DNA from: Mustelus asterias
Lineage: Eukaryota
Assembly (NCBI RefSeq): GCF_964213995.1
Contig: NC_135820.1
Location: forward strand, 496,001 to 560,000
Direction of reading: 5' to 3'
Length of the DNA: 64,000 nt
Below the pieces are notes generated by a model, which was given only the letters and a program-made list of their open reading frames with translations, searched no databases and was not told where the DNA came from. Within the stretch, counting starts at the first letter, position 1. The number at the start of each line of letters is the position of its first letter. The position numbers and the translations under genes are program-made. Positions 1 to 11,699 of the stretch are shown piece after piece.

Positions 1-162
1 TGATCCTTGGGGATTGTGTCACTATTTAGAGTGATCCTTGGGGATTGTGTCACTATTTAGAGTGATCCTTGGGGATTGTGTCACTATTTAGAGTGATCCT
101 TGGGGATTGTGTCACTATTTAGAGTGATCCTTGTGGATTGTGTCACTATTTAGAGTGATCCT
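1..162. repeat. 31-bp tandem minisatellite (TGATCCTTGGGGATTGTGTCACTATTTAGAG), ~5 copies, runs off the window start
   Basis: Units start at 1, 32, 63, 94 and 125; near identical. Confidence 0.95.
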
Positions 163-755
163 CTAAATTAGTGACACTCTATTTAGTGAAAGCAGCGCGC
201 TGAGTGGGCCACTGTGCATGTGCCAATCTGTCAGTGCCGAGATCGACATATGAGCAGTGCCCCCACGCTGCCGGCCTCTCGATCGCTGGCCAGTTTGATC
301 GCTAGCCAGTCCCACGACCTCTGCAATGCCAGCTCTCTGCACCCCCCCCCCTCCACCCCCCGCGGCCCGATCGCTGGCCCCCCTGACTATTCCCAAGCCC
401 AACACCCCCACCGATTTGCCCCCCTGACAGTAAACCTCCCCCTCCCCGCACCCCCCCCCTCCCCCCCTCCCCCCCCCCCCCCCCCCCCCCCCCCCGGCCA
501 TAAGCAGGCAGACCACATCCCCCTCCCCGGCTAACCCCTGATGGGCAGTGCCAAGATGCTCCCTGAGCATTGGCACTTTGCTCCTTGGACAGTGCCAGAG
601 GGCACAGGCTGGCACTGCCAAGGTGCCAATGTCCAGGGAGCACCCCCTGCCGCCCGACCCTTTGGGGGGTTCCGATTGCCCCCCTTCACTCCAGCAAGGT
701 CGAGCCGCGAATTCCCGGTTTGTGGGGAGCTTGTGTTATCCCCACTGGAGTGAAC

Positions 756-3700
756 AAGAACAAAGAACAATACAGCACAGGAACAGGCCCTTCGGCCCTC
801 CAAGCCCGCGCCGCTCCCTGGTCCAAACTAGACCATTCTTTTGTATCCCTCCATTCCCACTCCGTTCATATGGCTATCTAGACAAGTCTTAAACGTTCCC
901 AGTGTGTCCGACTCCACCACCTTGCCCGGCAGCGCATTCCAGGCCCCCACCACCCTCTGTGTAAAATACGTCCTTCTGATATCCGTGTTAAACCTTGCCC
1001 CCCTCACCTTGAACCTATGACCCCTCGTGAACGTCACCACTGACCTGGGAAAAAGCTTCCCACCGTTCACCCTATCTATGCCTTTCATAATTTTATACAC
1101 CTCTATTAGGTCACCCCTCATCCTCCGTCTTTCCAGTGAGAACAACCCCAGTTTACTCAATCTCTCCTCATAACTAAGCCCCTCCATACCAGGCAACATC
1201 CTGGTAAACGTCCTCTGCACTCTCTCTAAAGCCTCCACGTCCTTCTGGTAGTGCGGCGACCAGAACTGGACGCAGTATTCCAAATGCGGCCGAACCAACG
1301 TTCTATACAACTGCAACATCAGACCCCAACTTTTATACTCTATGCCCCGTCCTATAAAGGCAAGCATGCCATATGCCTTATTCACTACCTCCTCCACCTG
1401 TGACGTCACCTTCAAGGATCTGTGAACTTGCACACCCAGGTCCCTCTGTGTATCTACACCTTTTATGGTTAACATAGAACATAGAACAGTACAGCACAGA
1501 ACAGGCCCTTCGGCCCACGATGTTGTGCCGAGCTTTATCTGAAACCAAGATCAAGCTATCCCACTCCCTATCATCCTGGTGTGCTCCATGTGCCTATCCA
1601 ATAACCGCTTAAATGTTCCTCGAGTGTCTGACTCCACTATCACTGCAGGCAGTCCATTCCACACCCAACCACTCTCTGCATAAAGAACCTACCTCTGATA
1701 TCCTTCCTATATCTCCCACCACGAACCCTATAGTAATGCCCCAATGGTTCTGCCATTTATCGTATAGCTCCCCCCTACATTAGTTCTACCAAAATGCATC
1801 ACTTCGCATTTATCTGGATTGAACTCCATCTGCCATTTCCTTGCCCAAATTTCCAGCCTATCTATATCCTTCTGTAGCCTCTGACAATGTTCCTCACTAT
1901 TTGCAAGTCCAGCCATTTTCGTGTCGTCCGCAAACTTACTGATCACCCCAGTTACACCTTCTTCCAGATCGTTTATATAAATCACAAACAGCAGAGGTCC
2001 CAATACAGAGCCCTGCGGAACACCACTAGTCACAGGCATCCAGCCGGAAAAAGACCCTTCCACCACCACCCTCTGTCTTCTGTGACCAAGCCAGTTCTCC
2101 ACCCATCCAGCCACCTCCCCCTTTATCCCATGAGATCCAACCTTTTGCACCAACCTACCATGAGGGACTTTGTCAAACGCTTTACTAAAGTCCATATAGA
2201 CGACATCCACAGCCCTTCCCACGTCAACCATTCTAGTCACTTCTTCAAAAAACTCCACCAGGTCAGTGAGGCATGACCTCCCTCTCACAAAACCATGCTG
2301 ACTATCGTTAATGAGTTTATTCCTTTCTAAATGCGCATACATCCTATCTCTAAGAATCCTTTCCAACAACCTCCCTACCACGGACGTCAAGCTCACCGGC
2401 CTATAATTTCCCGGGTTATCCTTCCTACCCTTCTTAAATAACGGGACCACATTAGCTATCCTCCAATCTTCTGGGACCTCACTTATGACGAGACAAAGAT
2501 TTGCGTCAGAGGCCCAGCGATTTCATCTCTCGTCTCCCTGAGCAGCCTTGGATAGATTCCATCAGGCCCTGGGAATTTGTCAGTCTTTATATTCCCTAAA
2601 AAACCTAATACTTCCTTCCCTGTAATGGAGATTTTCTCTAACAGGTCAACACTCCCCTCCGAGACACTCCCAGTCAACACATCCCTCTCCTTTGTGAATA
2701 CCGACGCAAAGTATTCATGTAGGATCTCCCCTACTTCTTTGGGCTCTCAGCATAATTCCCCACTTTTGTCACTGAGAGGTCCGATTTTTTCCCTGACACC
2801 CCTTTTGTTCCTAACGTATGATTAAAATGCCTTGGGATTCTCCTTAATCCTGTCTGCCAAGGACATTTCGTGACCCCTTTTTGCCCTTCTAATTCCTCGT
2901 TTGAGTTCTTTCCTACTTTCTTTGTATTCCTCCAGAGCTCCCTCCGTTTTTAGCTGCCTGGATCTAACGTACGCCTCTCTTTTCTTTTTGACCAATCCCT
3001 CAATTTCCCTGGTTATCCACAGTTCTTGAATCCTACCCTTCCTATCCTTCTTTTTTACAGGCACATGCCTATCCTGCAGCCCTAACAACTGTTCCTTAAA
3101 AGACTCCCACATGCCAGCTGTGGATTTACCCTCAAACAGCCTCTCCCAATCAACAGCTGCCAATTTCTGCCTAATCCCACTAAAGTTAGCCTTCCCCCAA
3201 TCCAACACCTTACCCTTGGGACTCCACTCATCCTTTCCCATCACTATCCTAAAGCTAACAGAATTGTGGCCACTATTTGTCACATGTTCCCCGACCGAAA
3301 CTTTGAAGACCTGACCGGGCTCATTCCCCAGTACTAGGTCCAGTATAGCCCCCTCTCTAGTCGGGCTATCTCCATATTGTTCCAACAACCTTCCTGTATG
3401 CATTTTACAAATTCCTCCCCATTCAGACTCCCAGCCCTAAGCGATTTCCAGTCTATACCAGGGAAATTGAAGTCTCCCACTACAACAACCCAATTTTCCC
3501 GGAACCTATCCATTATCTCCTGACATATCCGTTCTTCCACTTCCCTTGGGCTGTTGGGGGGCCTGTCGTATACCCCCAACATAGTGACTGCGCCCTTCCT
3601 GTTTCTGAGCTCCACCCACAGTGACTCGGTACACGACCCCTCTGAATTGTCCTCCCTCTGCCCTGCTGTAATATGCTCTCTAACTAATACTGCTACTCCC

Positions 3701-4178
3701 CCACCTCTTTTGGCCCCTCCTCTGTCTCGTCTAAAACACTTGTACCCCGGAATATTCAGTTGCCAGTCCTGTCCCTCTTTCAACCAAGTCTCTGTCAGCG
3801 CAACCACATCCAAGTTCCTCGTAAGCATTAAGGCCCTGAGTTCGTCTGTCTTACCTGCTACGCTCCTTGCATTGAAGTAGATGCACTCCAGACCTCCAGA
3901 CCCAGTGAGGTCATCCTCCCCCAGACTGCTCTTCTTCTTTGCCAGTCTTGTCCTGGCCCCAAGCTCGTCCCCAGCCTCTACACTTGTAGACATAATTTTT
4001 TGATCCCCACCCCCCTGCCATATTAGTTTAAACCCACCCGAACTGCACGAGCAAAACTCCCAGCCAAGATATTCGTGCCCTTCCAATTTAGTTGTGACCC
4101 GTCCTTCTTGTACAGGTGCCCTCCTCTCTTGAAAACTTCCCAGTGATCCAGGAATATGAAGCCCTCCCTCCTGGACCA
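756..4178 (-). mobile_element. CR1/HER1 LINE, 5'-truncated (ORF1 C-terminus, APE endonuclease, RT), frameshifted
   Basis: ORFs carry [34 protein letters not shown] and RPHLEYCVQFWSP; ORF1 FLDHW...GTNILAG; GAACAAA-type tail at 756; target duplication GAGTGAAC at 748-755 and 4179-4186. Confidence 0.95.
1471..1743 (-). mobile_element. Short 3' fragment of young CR1 family B nested inside the preceding CR1
   Basis: AACATAG tail; sequence matches the 3' end of 52035-54981; TSD ATGGTT at 1465-1470 and 1744-1749. Confidence 0.9.
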
Positions 4179-4559
4179 GAGTGAACCACTCTGGCCGGGG
4201 AGCGGGGAGGGAAGCGGGCCTGGAGACTTCAGTCCCGGGCCCACTAATCTCATTTAAATTATATTCAAATGACCATTTAAATGGTCTTTGTGTCTCCCCC
4301 TGATTTCCGGTGTGGAGAGGATGCTGCCAGAAATCCGGCACTGGGAGATGCTGGCAGGGCATGAACCCCATGAATCACCCACCGCAGGATTCTCCCGGCC
4401 TGTTGTGGGAAAACATTAGTGCAGCAGATGGCAGAATCGCCCCCAGTAACTTTAAGACAGAGCCTGGAAGGATGCAGAATCAGTCCCTATGTCTGATTGG
4501 ATAGACTCAGAATGAAACCAATGTTGGGTCTTAAACCTCATGATCCTGGAACAGGCGCA

Positions 4560-5240
4560 GAGCGGACACCTCAGATGGATGTCAAAGATCCTCCGGACAC
4601 AGTCTGGAAGCAGAGGAGGGGTAGCGGGGGTCAGGGGAGTTCTCCCCGGTGTCCTGTGACCAATATTTACCCTCTATGAACATCACTGAGAAAAACAGAT
4701 AAAGGGGAGCATGGTGGCATGGTGGTTAGCACTACTGCCTCAACAGTGGCAAGTTCAATTCCAGCCTTGGGTGACTGTCTGTGTGGAGTTTGCACATTCT
4801 CATCCTGTCTGCATGGGTTTCCTCCATGGGCTCCTGTTTCCTCCCACAGTTCAAAGATGTGCAGTTTGGTGGATCGACCATGCTAAATTGCCCCTTAGTG
4901 TCCAAGGATGTGTGGGTTCGGTGGATTGGCCATGCTAAATTGCCCCTTTGTATCAAAAGATGTGCCGGTTGGGAGGATTTGCTATGGCAAATTGCCCCTT
5001 AGTATCCAAAGATGTGCCGGTTGGGAGGATTGGCCACGGTAAATGTGCAGGGTTGTGGGGAATTAGCGAGGTTCGGGCTGGGTGGGATGCTCTTTTGGAC
5101 AGTTGGTGGGAGTTCGGTGGGCTGGATGGCCTCTTTCTGCACTGCAGGGATTCCATGGTTCTATCTGGGCCAGTATCTCATGACTGTTTGTGGGATCTTG
5201 CTATGCACCAATTGCCTGCCACCTTTCTAACATTACAATA
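4560..5240 (+). mobile_element. DeuSINE (SacSINE1/AmnSINE-like) remnant interrupted by an HE1 SINE
   Basis: CAGGGGAGTTCTCCCCGGTGTCCTG..CCAATATTTA..AACATCACT before the SINE and TGTTTGTGGGATCTTGCT..CATTACAA after it match the Deu-domain/tail as I recall it. Confidence 0.65.
4711..5157 (+). mobile_element. HE1-type V-SINE with an internal triplication
   Basis: tRNA-like head (TGGTGGTTAGCACTACTGCC, GTTCAATTCC), V-domain GTCTGTGTGGAGTTTGCACATTCT, AAATTGCCCC block x3, CR1-like tail. Confidence 0.9.
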
Positions 5241-5489
5241 TTGATGCCGCCACAAGCTGTGACTTTTAGGTGGATTAGCCATGGTAAATGTGCGAGGTTA
5301 TGGAGATCGGGTCTGGGGGCCTGGTCCTGGGTAAAACGTACTTCGGAGAGTCAGTGCAGACTCAATAAGCTGAATGACCTCACTCTGCACAGTCAGGATT
5401 CTATGGCTATAGGCTCTCTGAGATTCGTTACTCTGGGCGGGGGGCAGAGTCTAAATCAATTTATGACCTTTCTGAGAAAGATACTTTCA

Positions 5490-6210
5490 TAATAGTGGAA
5501 AAGATTAATCCTCATATTGATTGGACAAATCAAACTGGCAAAGATAAACTTCAGCATGGGTTCGGAGACTGTATTCAGGACAGTTTCTTGTGGAACATGG
5601 GGAATACAAATCAGGGAGTTTTGTTATTACTGTACAGGGCATTGGTGAGACTGAACCTGGAGTACTGTGTACAGTCTTGTTCTCCTTGCTCACTTATTTA
5701 AGAAGGGATATACTTACATTGGGTGCATTTCAGAGGTTCACTGGGCTGATTCCTGGGATGAAGGGGGTTCGTCTTGTGTGGAAAGGTTGAGCAGATTTGG
5801 GCCCATATCCAATGGAGTTTAGAAGAACACGAGGTGATCGTATCAAAACATACACGATCCTCCGGGAAACTTGACAGGATGGGATTGAGAGAGTGTTTCC
5901 TGTTATGGTAAATGTTAGAACAAGAGGAACACAGATTCTGAATGAGGGGTCTCCCATCGCAGACGGAGATGAGGAGGAATTCCTTCTCTCGGACAGTCAT
6001 TAGTCTGTAGAATTCAATCCACCAGAGAGCAGTGGAGGTTAAGTTAGAGTCTTTAGCGTTTAGGGAATCAAGGTTTATGGGGGTGAAGTGGGTTGGTGGG
6101 ATCGTATAAAGCTGGAGTTAAGGACACAATCAGATCAGGCGTGATAGTATTGAATGGTGGAGAAGGCTTGAGAAGCTGAATGGTCATCTCCTGTTCCTGT
6201 TATGTTCTTA
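5490..6210 (+). mobile_element. Degenerate CR1 LINE fragment (RT C-terminus and 3' UTR)
   Basis: LYRALVRLNLEYCVQ, FTGLIPGM; tail TTATGTTCTTA. Confidence 0.8.
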
Positions 6211-6322
6211 TATTCCTAAAATGCCACAGGGTTCGCTGAAAGGACAAGGCAATGTGCGGTTTTCTCACTTTGATCCAACTTCCCCATTTTGACACATCAA
6301 CTCTTTCTAATTAAACACACAG

Positions 6323-6375
6323 AGGGAGCAGCACAGGAAGAGGGCATTCAGCCCAAACACAGATGGTCAGCTTCT
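6323..6375 (+). pseudogene. Paralog of Siglec-like cytoplasmic exon 6, truncated by a minus-strand CR1 fragment (~6385-6560)
   Basis: GACACATCAACTCTTTCTAATTAAACACACAG|AGGGAGCAGCACAGGAAGAGGGCATTCAGCCCAA closely matches the reverse complement of ~43145-43225. Confidence 0.8.
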
Positions 6376-6750
6376 CCAACCCGAACCTCAGAGCTAAAAT
6401 CCCCTCATCCCTGGAGCCATGCTGGTAAATCTCTCTCCTCACCCTCTCAAGGACCCTCCTATCCTTCCCAAAGTGAGGGACAAGAACTGGACACAATACT
6501 CTCGTTGTGACCGAATCAGAGCTTCAGAAATGTTCAGCATAACCTCCCTGTTTTCTCCTCAATCCCTCTATTTCTGAAAAGCCTATTCTTCCCATCAGCA
6601 TAAACTGCAATTTACAAGCAGAGTGCCATCATCAGACAGCGAGCAAGGGAACATCAGCATGCGTGCTTCTTAATGTACGGAGAGAAACCTGGGACCAGAG
6701 ATTCCACTTCTTCTCCTCAGCGAGCTGAAACTTTTCCTTATTCCTGCTGC

Positions 6751-7200
6751 TCCCCAGTCCTGCTGTGTGGACACATCATAACCAAGGCATTGCCTCACTG
6801 TGTGCAGCCAACATGGTCGAATAGTAATGAACAGAAATGTGATGTTGCTCAGCTTAGTAATCAGATCAGAATGTGCTTTCTGAAAGCTGCACCTTTTCCA
6901 TGCTAGGTTCGATTGTAAGAAGCATTTGGGTTATGAACAATATTACATTTATTAACACAAGTGATTAAATTGCTCAGGCTATTCTGCAGATATTTATAAA
7001 TTAAACTTCTTTTGAAGCAAAGTTCTGGCTCAGATTTGTTCCTTCCTGTTGTCACATTTTCCCCATCAATATGAATTCCTGTGTCCACTATTAAAATACA
7101 AATTTTCCATGTAAACATGTCACGTTGTAGTTACACCCTCCTGGCAGTGTATCCTGGTGCTGTATCATCACAGCCTTGCCACAGATACAAGAGGAGATAT
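6751..7200 (+). repeat. Non-TE segment duplicated at ~16790-17170
   Basis: Shared CCCCAGTCCTGCTGTGTG.ACACATCATAACC, GCAGCCAACATGGTCGAATAGTAATGAACAGAAA and GCTTTCTGAAAGCTGCACCTT; both copies are followed by the 33-bp minisatellite. Confidence 0.85.
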
Positions 7201-7299
7201 TCCACTTGTGGACATGATGACTGGCATCTGGTTCAATCTTGCAGTCTTACAGTGTTTATAAGCTCGTGCAACGCTTTTTCACAACAGACCCTCCAAAAG

Positions 7300-7615
7300 T
7301 GAGTGCGGCACTCCCTCAGCACTGACCCACCGACAGTGAGACACTCCCTCAGCACTGACCCACCGACAGTGCGGCACTCCCTCAGCACTGACCCACCGAC
7401 AGTGAGACACTCCCTCAGTACTGAGCCTCTGACGGTGCAGCACTCCCTCAGCACTGACCCACCGATAGTGAGACACTCCCTCAGTCCTGACCCACCGACA
7501 GTGAGACACTCCCTCAGTACTGACCCTCTGACAGTGTGGCACTCCCTCAGTACTGACCCTCTGACAGTGCAGCACTCCCTCAGTACTGACCCTCTGACAG
7601 TGAGACACACACTCA
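7300..7615 (+). repeat. 33-bp minisatellite (CAGTGCGGCACTCCCTCAGTACTGACCCTCTGA), ~9 copies
   Basis: Direct tandem units; yields the spurious repetitive ORF (TVRHSLSTDPL)n. Confidence 0.95.
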
Positions 7616-9160
7616 GTCAGTAGAGATAGGTGAGGTGATGAATGAATACTTTTCTTCAGTGTTCACCAAGGAGAGGGGCCATGTTTTTGAGGAAGAGAAG
7701 GTGTTACAGGCTAATAGGCTGGAGGAAATAAATGTTCGGAGGGAGGATGTACTGGCAGTTTTGAATAAACTGAAGGTCGATAAGTCCCCTGGGCCTGATG
7801 AAATATATCCTAGGATTCTTTGGGAGGCAAGGGATGAGATTGCAGAGCCTTTGGCTTGATCTTTGGGTCCTCACTGTCCACGGGGATGGTGCCAGAGGAC
7901 TGGAGAATGGCGAATGTTGTTCCTCTGTTTAAGAAAAGGAATAGAAATGACCCTGGTAATTATAGACCGGTTAGTCTTACTTCAGTGGTTGGTAAATTGA
8001 TGGAAAAGGTCCTTAGGGATGGGATTTACGACCATTTAGAAAGATGCGGATTAATCCGGGATAGTCAGCACGGATTCGTGAAGGGCAAGTCGTGCCTCAC
8101 AAATTTGATTGAATTTTTTGAGGAGGTAACTAAGTGTGTTGATGAAGGTAGGGCAGTTGATGTCATATACATGGATTTTAGTAAGGCCTTTGATAAGGTC
8201 CCCCATGGTCGGCTTATGATGAAAGTGAGGAGGTGTGGGATAGAGGGAAAGTTGGCCGATTGGATAGGTAACTGGCTGTCTGATCGAAGACAGAGGGTGG
8301 TGGTGGATGGAAAATTTTCGGATTGGAGGCAGGTTGCTAGCGGAGTGCCACAGGGATCAGTGCTTGGTCCTCTGCTCTTTGTGATTTTTATTAATGACTT
8401 AGAGGAGGGGGCTGAAGGGTGGATCAGTAAATTTGCTGATGACACCAAGATTGGTGGAGTAGTGGATGAGGTGGAGGGCTGTTGTAGGCTGCAAAGAGAC
8501 ATAGATAGGATGCAAAGCTGGGCTGAAAAATGGCAAATGGAGTTTCACCCTGATAAATGTGAGGTGATTCATTTTGGTCGGACTAATTTAAATGTGGATT
8601 ACAGGGTCAAAGGTAGGGTTCTGAAGACTGTGGAGGAACAGAGAGATCTTGGGGTCCATATCCATTGATCTCTAGACGTTGCCACTCAAGTGGACAGAGC
8701 TGTGAAGAAGGCTTATAGTGTGTTAGCTTTTATTAACAGGGGGTTGGAGTTTAAGAGCCGTGGGGTTATGCTGCAACTGTACAGGACCTTGGTGAGACCA
8801 CATTTGGAATATTGTGTGCAGTTCTGGTCACCTCACTATAAGAAGGATGTGGAAGCACTGGGAAGAGTGCAGACGAGATTTACCAGGATGCTGCCTGGTT
8901 TGGAGGGTAGGTCTTATGAGGAAAGGTTGAGGGAGCTAGGGCTGTTCTCTCTGGAGCAGAGGAGGCTGAGGGGAGACTTAATAGAGGTTTATAAAATGAT
9001 GAAGGGGATAGATAGAGTGAACGTTCAAAGACTATTTCCTCGGGTGGATGGAGCTACTACAAGGGGACATAACTATAGGGTTCGTGGTGGGAGATACAGG
9101 AAGGATATCAGAGGTAGGTTCTTTATGCAGAGAGTGGTTTGGGTGTGGAATGGACTGCCT
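7616..9160 (+). mobile_element. CR1 family B RT fragment lacking its 3' tail, fused to an Ig pseudo-exon
   Basis: Nearly identical to ~53265-54810; frameshifts present; ends at GGAATGGACTGCC. Confidence 0.95.
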
Positions 9161-9368
9161 TCGACAGTGATAATCTGCTCTGTCGAGAGCTTCCCAGCTT
9201 CTAACCTGACCTGGAGACATCTTAATGTCCCAGTGAACAGAACAAGATCCAACAATGAGCTGTGGTTGGTGATTCCTCACAGTCTCCAGTGTCCCTGGAT
9301 GTAACATCAGTGTGTGGCAGAGAATGAACATGGAGCAGTGGAGGTGTCCATCACCATCACTGTGGAAC
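9160..9368 (+). pseudogene. Siglec-like C2-set Ig pseudo-exon (5' part deleted, internal 25-bp inversion)
   Basis: STVIICSVESFPASNLTWRHLNV...ELWLVIPH then QCVAENEHGAVE; donor C|GTGAG at 9368/9369. Confidence 0.9.
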
Positions 9369-9779
9369 GTGAGTATACATAGGCCTTAACATCAAATACA
9401 CACATGCATGTGAGCGCACACCAGCGCGCACGCATGCACACTTTCTAAACCAATTCCTCGACTGTCAAATCCTGGTCAAAATCATGATAATGGGAAAGGC
9501 ATTTTCTTTTCATCTAGCCCGACAGTGTCTCCTGTGGTGGAAGGATGCAATTACAGTGTGACAATTTCATATCTGCATGCAGCAACACCCGAACAACCAT
9601 CAACTTGGGCTAAGTGTCAAGTAATGCTCATGCCACACAAGCATTAGGCAGCGGCCATTTCCAACAAGAGAGAATCAACCATCCTGTGAATGAGCAAAAA
9701 TAAACACACAGGCAGCGTCCATTATAAATGCTGTCATTGGAAATTACAATGGGGAAAAAAGCCTTGAAACACACGGGGA

Positions 9780-10805
9780 CATTTTGATTAGATTTGATTT
9801 ATTATTGTCACATGTATTGGGATACAGTGAAAAGTATTGTTTCTTGCACGCAATACAGACAAAGCATACCATTCATAGAGAAGGGAACGAGAGAGTGCAG
9901 AATGTAGTGTTACAGTCATAGCTAGGATGTAGTGACTTAATGCAAGGAGGGTCCATTCAAAAGTCTGTTGGCAGCAGGGAAGAAGCTGTTCTTGAGTCAG
10001 TTGGTACGTGACCTCAGACTTCTGTATCTTTTTCCCAATGGAAGAAGGTGGAAGAGGGAATGTCCGCAGTGTGTGGCGTCCTTAATTATGCTGATTGCTT
10101 TGCCGAGGCAGCGGGAAGTGTAGACAGAGTTAATGGATGGGACGCTGGTTTGCGTGATGGATTGGGCTACATTCACGACCGTTCGTAGTTTCTTGCGGTC
10201 TTGGGCAGAGCAGGAGCCCCATACCAAGCTGTGATACAACCAGAAAGAATGCTTTCTATGGTGCATCTGTAAAAGTTGGAGAGAGTTGTAGCTGACATAC
10301 CAAATTTAATTAGTCTTCTGAGAAGGTAGAGGTGTTGGTGGGCTTTCTTAACTATAGTGTCGGCATGGGGGGACCAGGTTGGTGATCTGGACACCTAAAA
10401 ACATGAAGCATTCGACCCTTTCTACTTCCTCCACATTGATGTCGACAGCGGCATGTTCTCCACTACGCTTCCTGAAGGCAATGACAATCTCCTTCGTTTT
10501 GGTAACATTGAGGGAGAGATTATTGTCGCTGCACCAGTTCACCAGATTCTCTATCTCATTCCTGTACTCTGTCTCGACATTGTTTGAAAGCCGACCCGCT
10601 ACGGTGGTGTCATCAGCAAACCTGAAAATCAAATTGGAGGGGAATTTGGCCACACAGTCATAGGTGTATAAGGAGTATAGTAGGGGGCTGAGAACACAGC
10701 CTTGTGGGGCACTGGTGTTGAGGATGATCGTGGAGGAGGTGTTGTTGCCTATCCTCACTGATTGTGGTCTGTGAGTTAGGAAGTTCAGGATCCAGTCGCA
10801 GAGGG
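9780..10805 (-). mobile_element. Rex1/Babar LINE 3' fragment
   Basis: [62 protein letters not shown]; tail TGTGACAATAATAAATCAAATC. Confidence 0.9.
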
Positions 10806-10853
10806 GAGAAATAATTAATGAAGTCTCACAATAATATATTTATTTGCTTTTAG

Positions 10854-11135
10854 ATGCATCACAGAATCTCCCAATTGCTTCTCCTGATGTGATTAATGCT
10901 TCATGGATCAATATATCTGAGGGGAATTCGACGGTGATAATCTGCTCTGTCGAGAGCTTCCCAGCTTCTAACCTGACCTGGAGACAGCTTAATGTCACAA
11001 TGAACAGAACATGTTCCAACAATGAGCTGTGGTTGGTGATTCCTCACGTTACATCCAGGGACACTGGAGACTATCAGTGTGTGGCAGAGAATGAACATGG
11101 AGCAGTGGAGGGGTCCATCACCATCACTGTGGAAC
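10854..11135 (+). CDS. Siglec/MAG-like C2-set Ig exon (membrane-proximal), plus-strand paralog
   Basis: Acceptor TTTTAG|AT, donor C|GTGAG, 282 bp, phase 1-1; C-SVESFPASNLTW...DTGDYQCVAENEHG; homologous to 45935-46216. Confidence 0.85.
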
Positions 11136-11699
11136 GTGAGTGTACATAGATTTCAACATCACAAATGCACGTGTGCACACATGCAGACACACACATACAC
11201 ACACGCACACAAATCGATAATTTGTCTGTGATACCTCCTTAGGTGACACTGTGACAGAATGGAGGGAAAATTGCCACCAATTTATGCACAGCAAGATCCC
11301 AAACAACCATGTGATAGTGATTTGACAATCGATCATTTAGTGAGTTGGGTTGATCCATATGTAGAGATTACATGTATAAGGTGGGTGACTAATTACTCTC
11401 TTGGGAAGGATTCCTGCTAATTGTGTACGTGACTCCAGTCTCAAACACCAACTTGTCTGTGGGATTCTATGGTGACTTTTTTTGGGGAGGAAACCTGCCA
11501 AGTCTGGGTGAACAGACGACTCCAGCCTCAAACATCAATGTGGTTAACTCTTAACTGCCCTCTGAGCCAGTTTGTATGAAGTCAGTGGTTCAGGAGGAAG
11601 ACACTCTCCACCATCTCGAGGCAAAACTAGGGATGGATAATAAATACTGACATTGCCCGAGAATGAGTATTTAAAAATTGAGTGACTGTATTACTTCGA

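Larger units (their letters stand above)
190..4445. mobile_element. GC-rich, poly-C non-autonomous element (MITE-like, possibly Harbinger-related), split by a CR1 insertion
   Basis: Left part 190-755 shares CACTGTGCATGTGCCAATCTGTCAGTG and poly-C tracts with 50240-50500; right part 4187-4445 ends in AGAATCGCCCC (TIR-like). Confidence 0.55.

Noticed and set aside
1-162. CRISPR-like array
   Set aside because: Head-to-tail 31-mers with no spacers, no cas genes, vertebrate context
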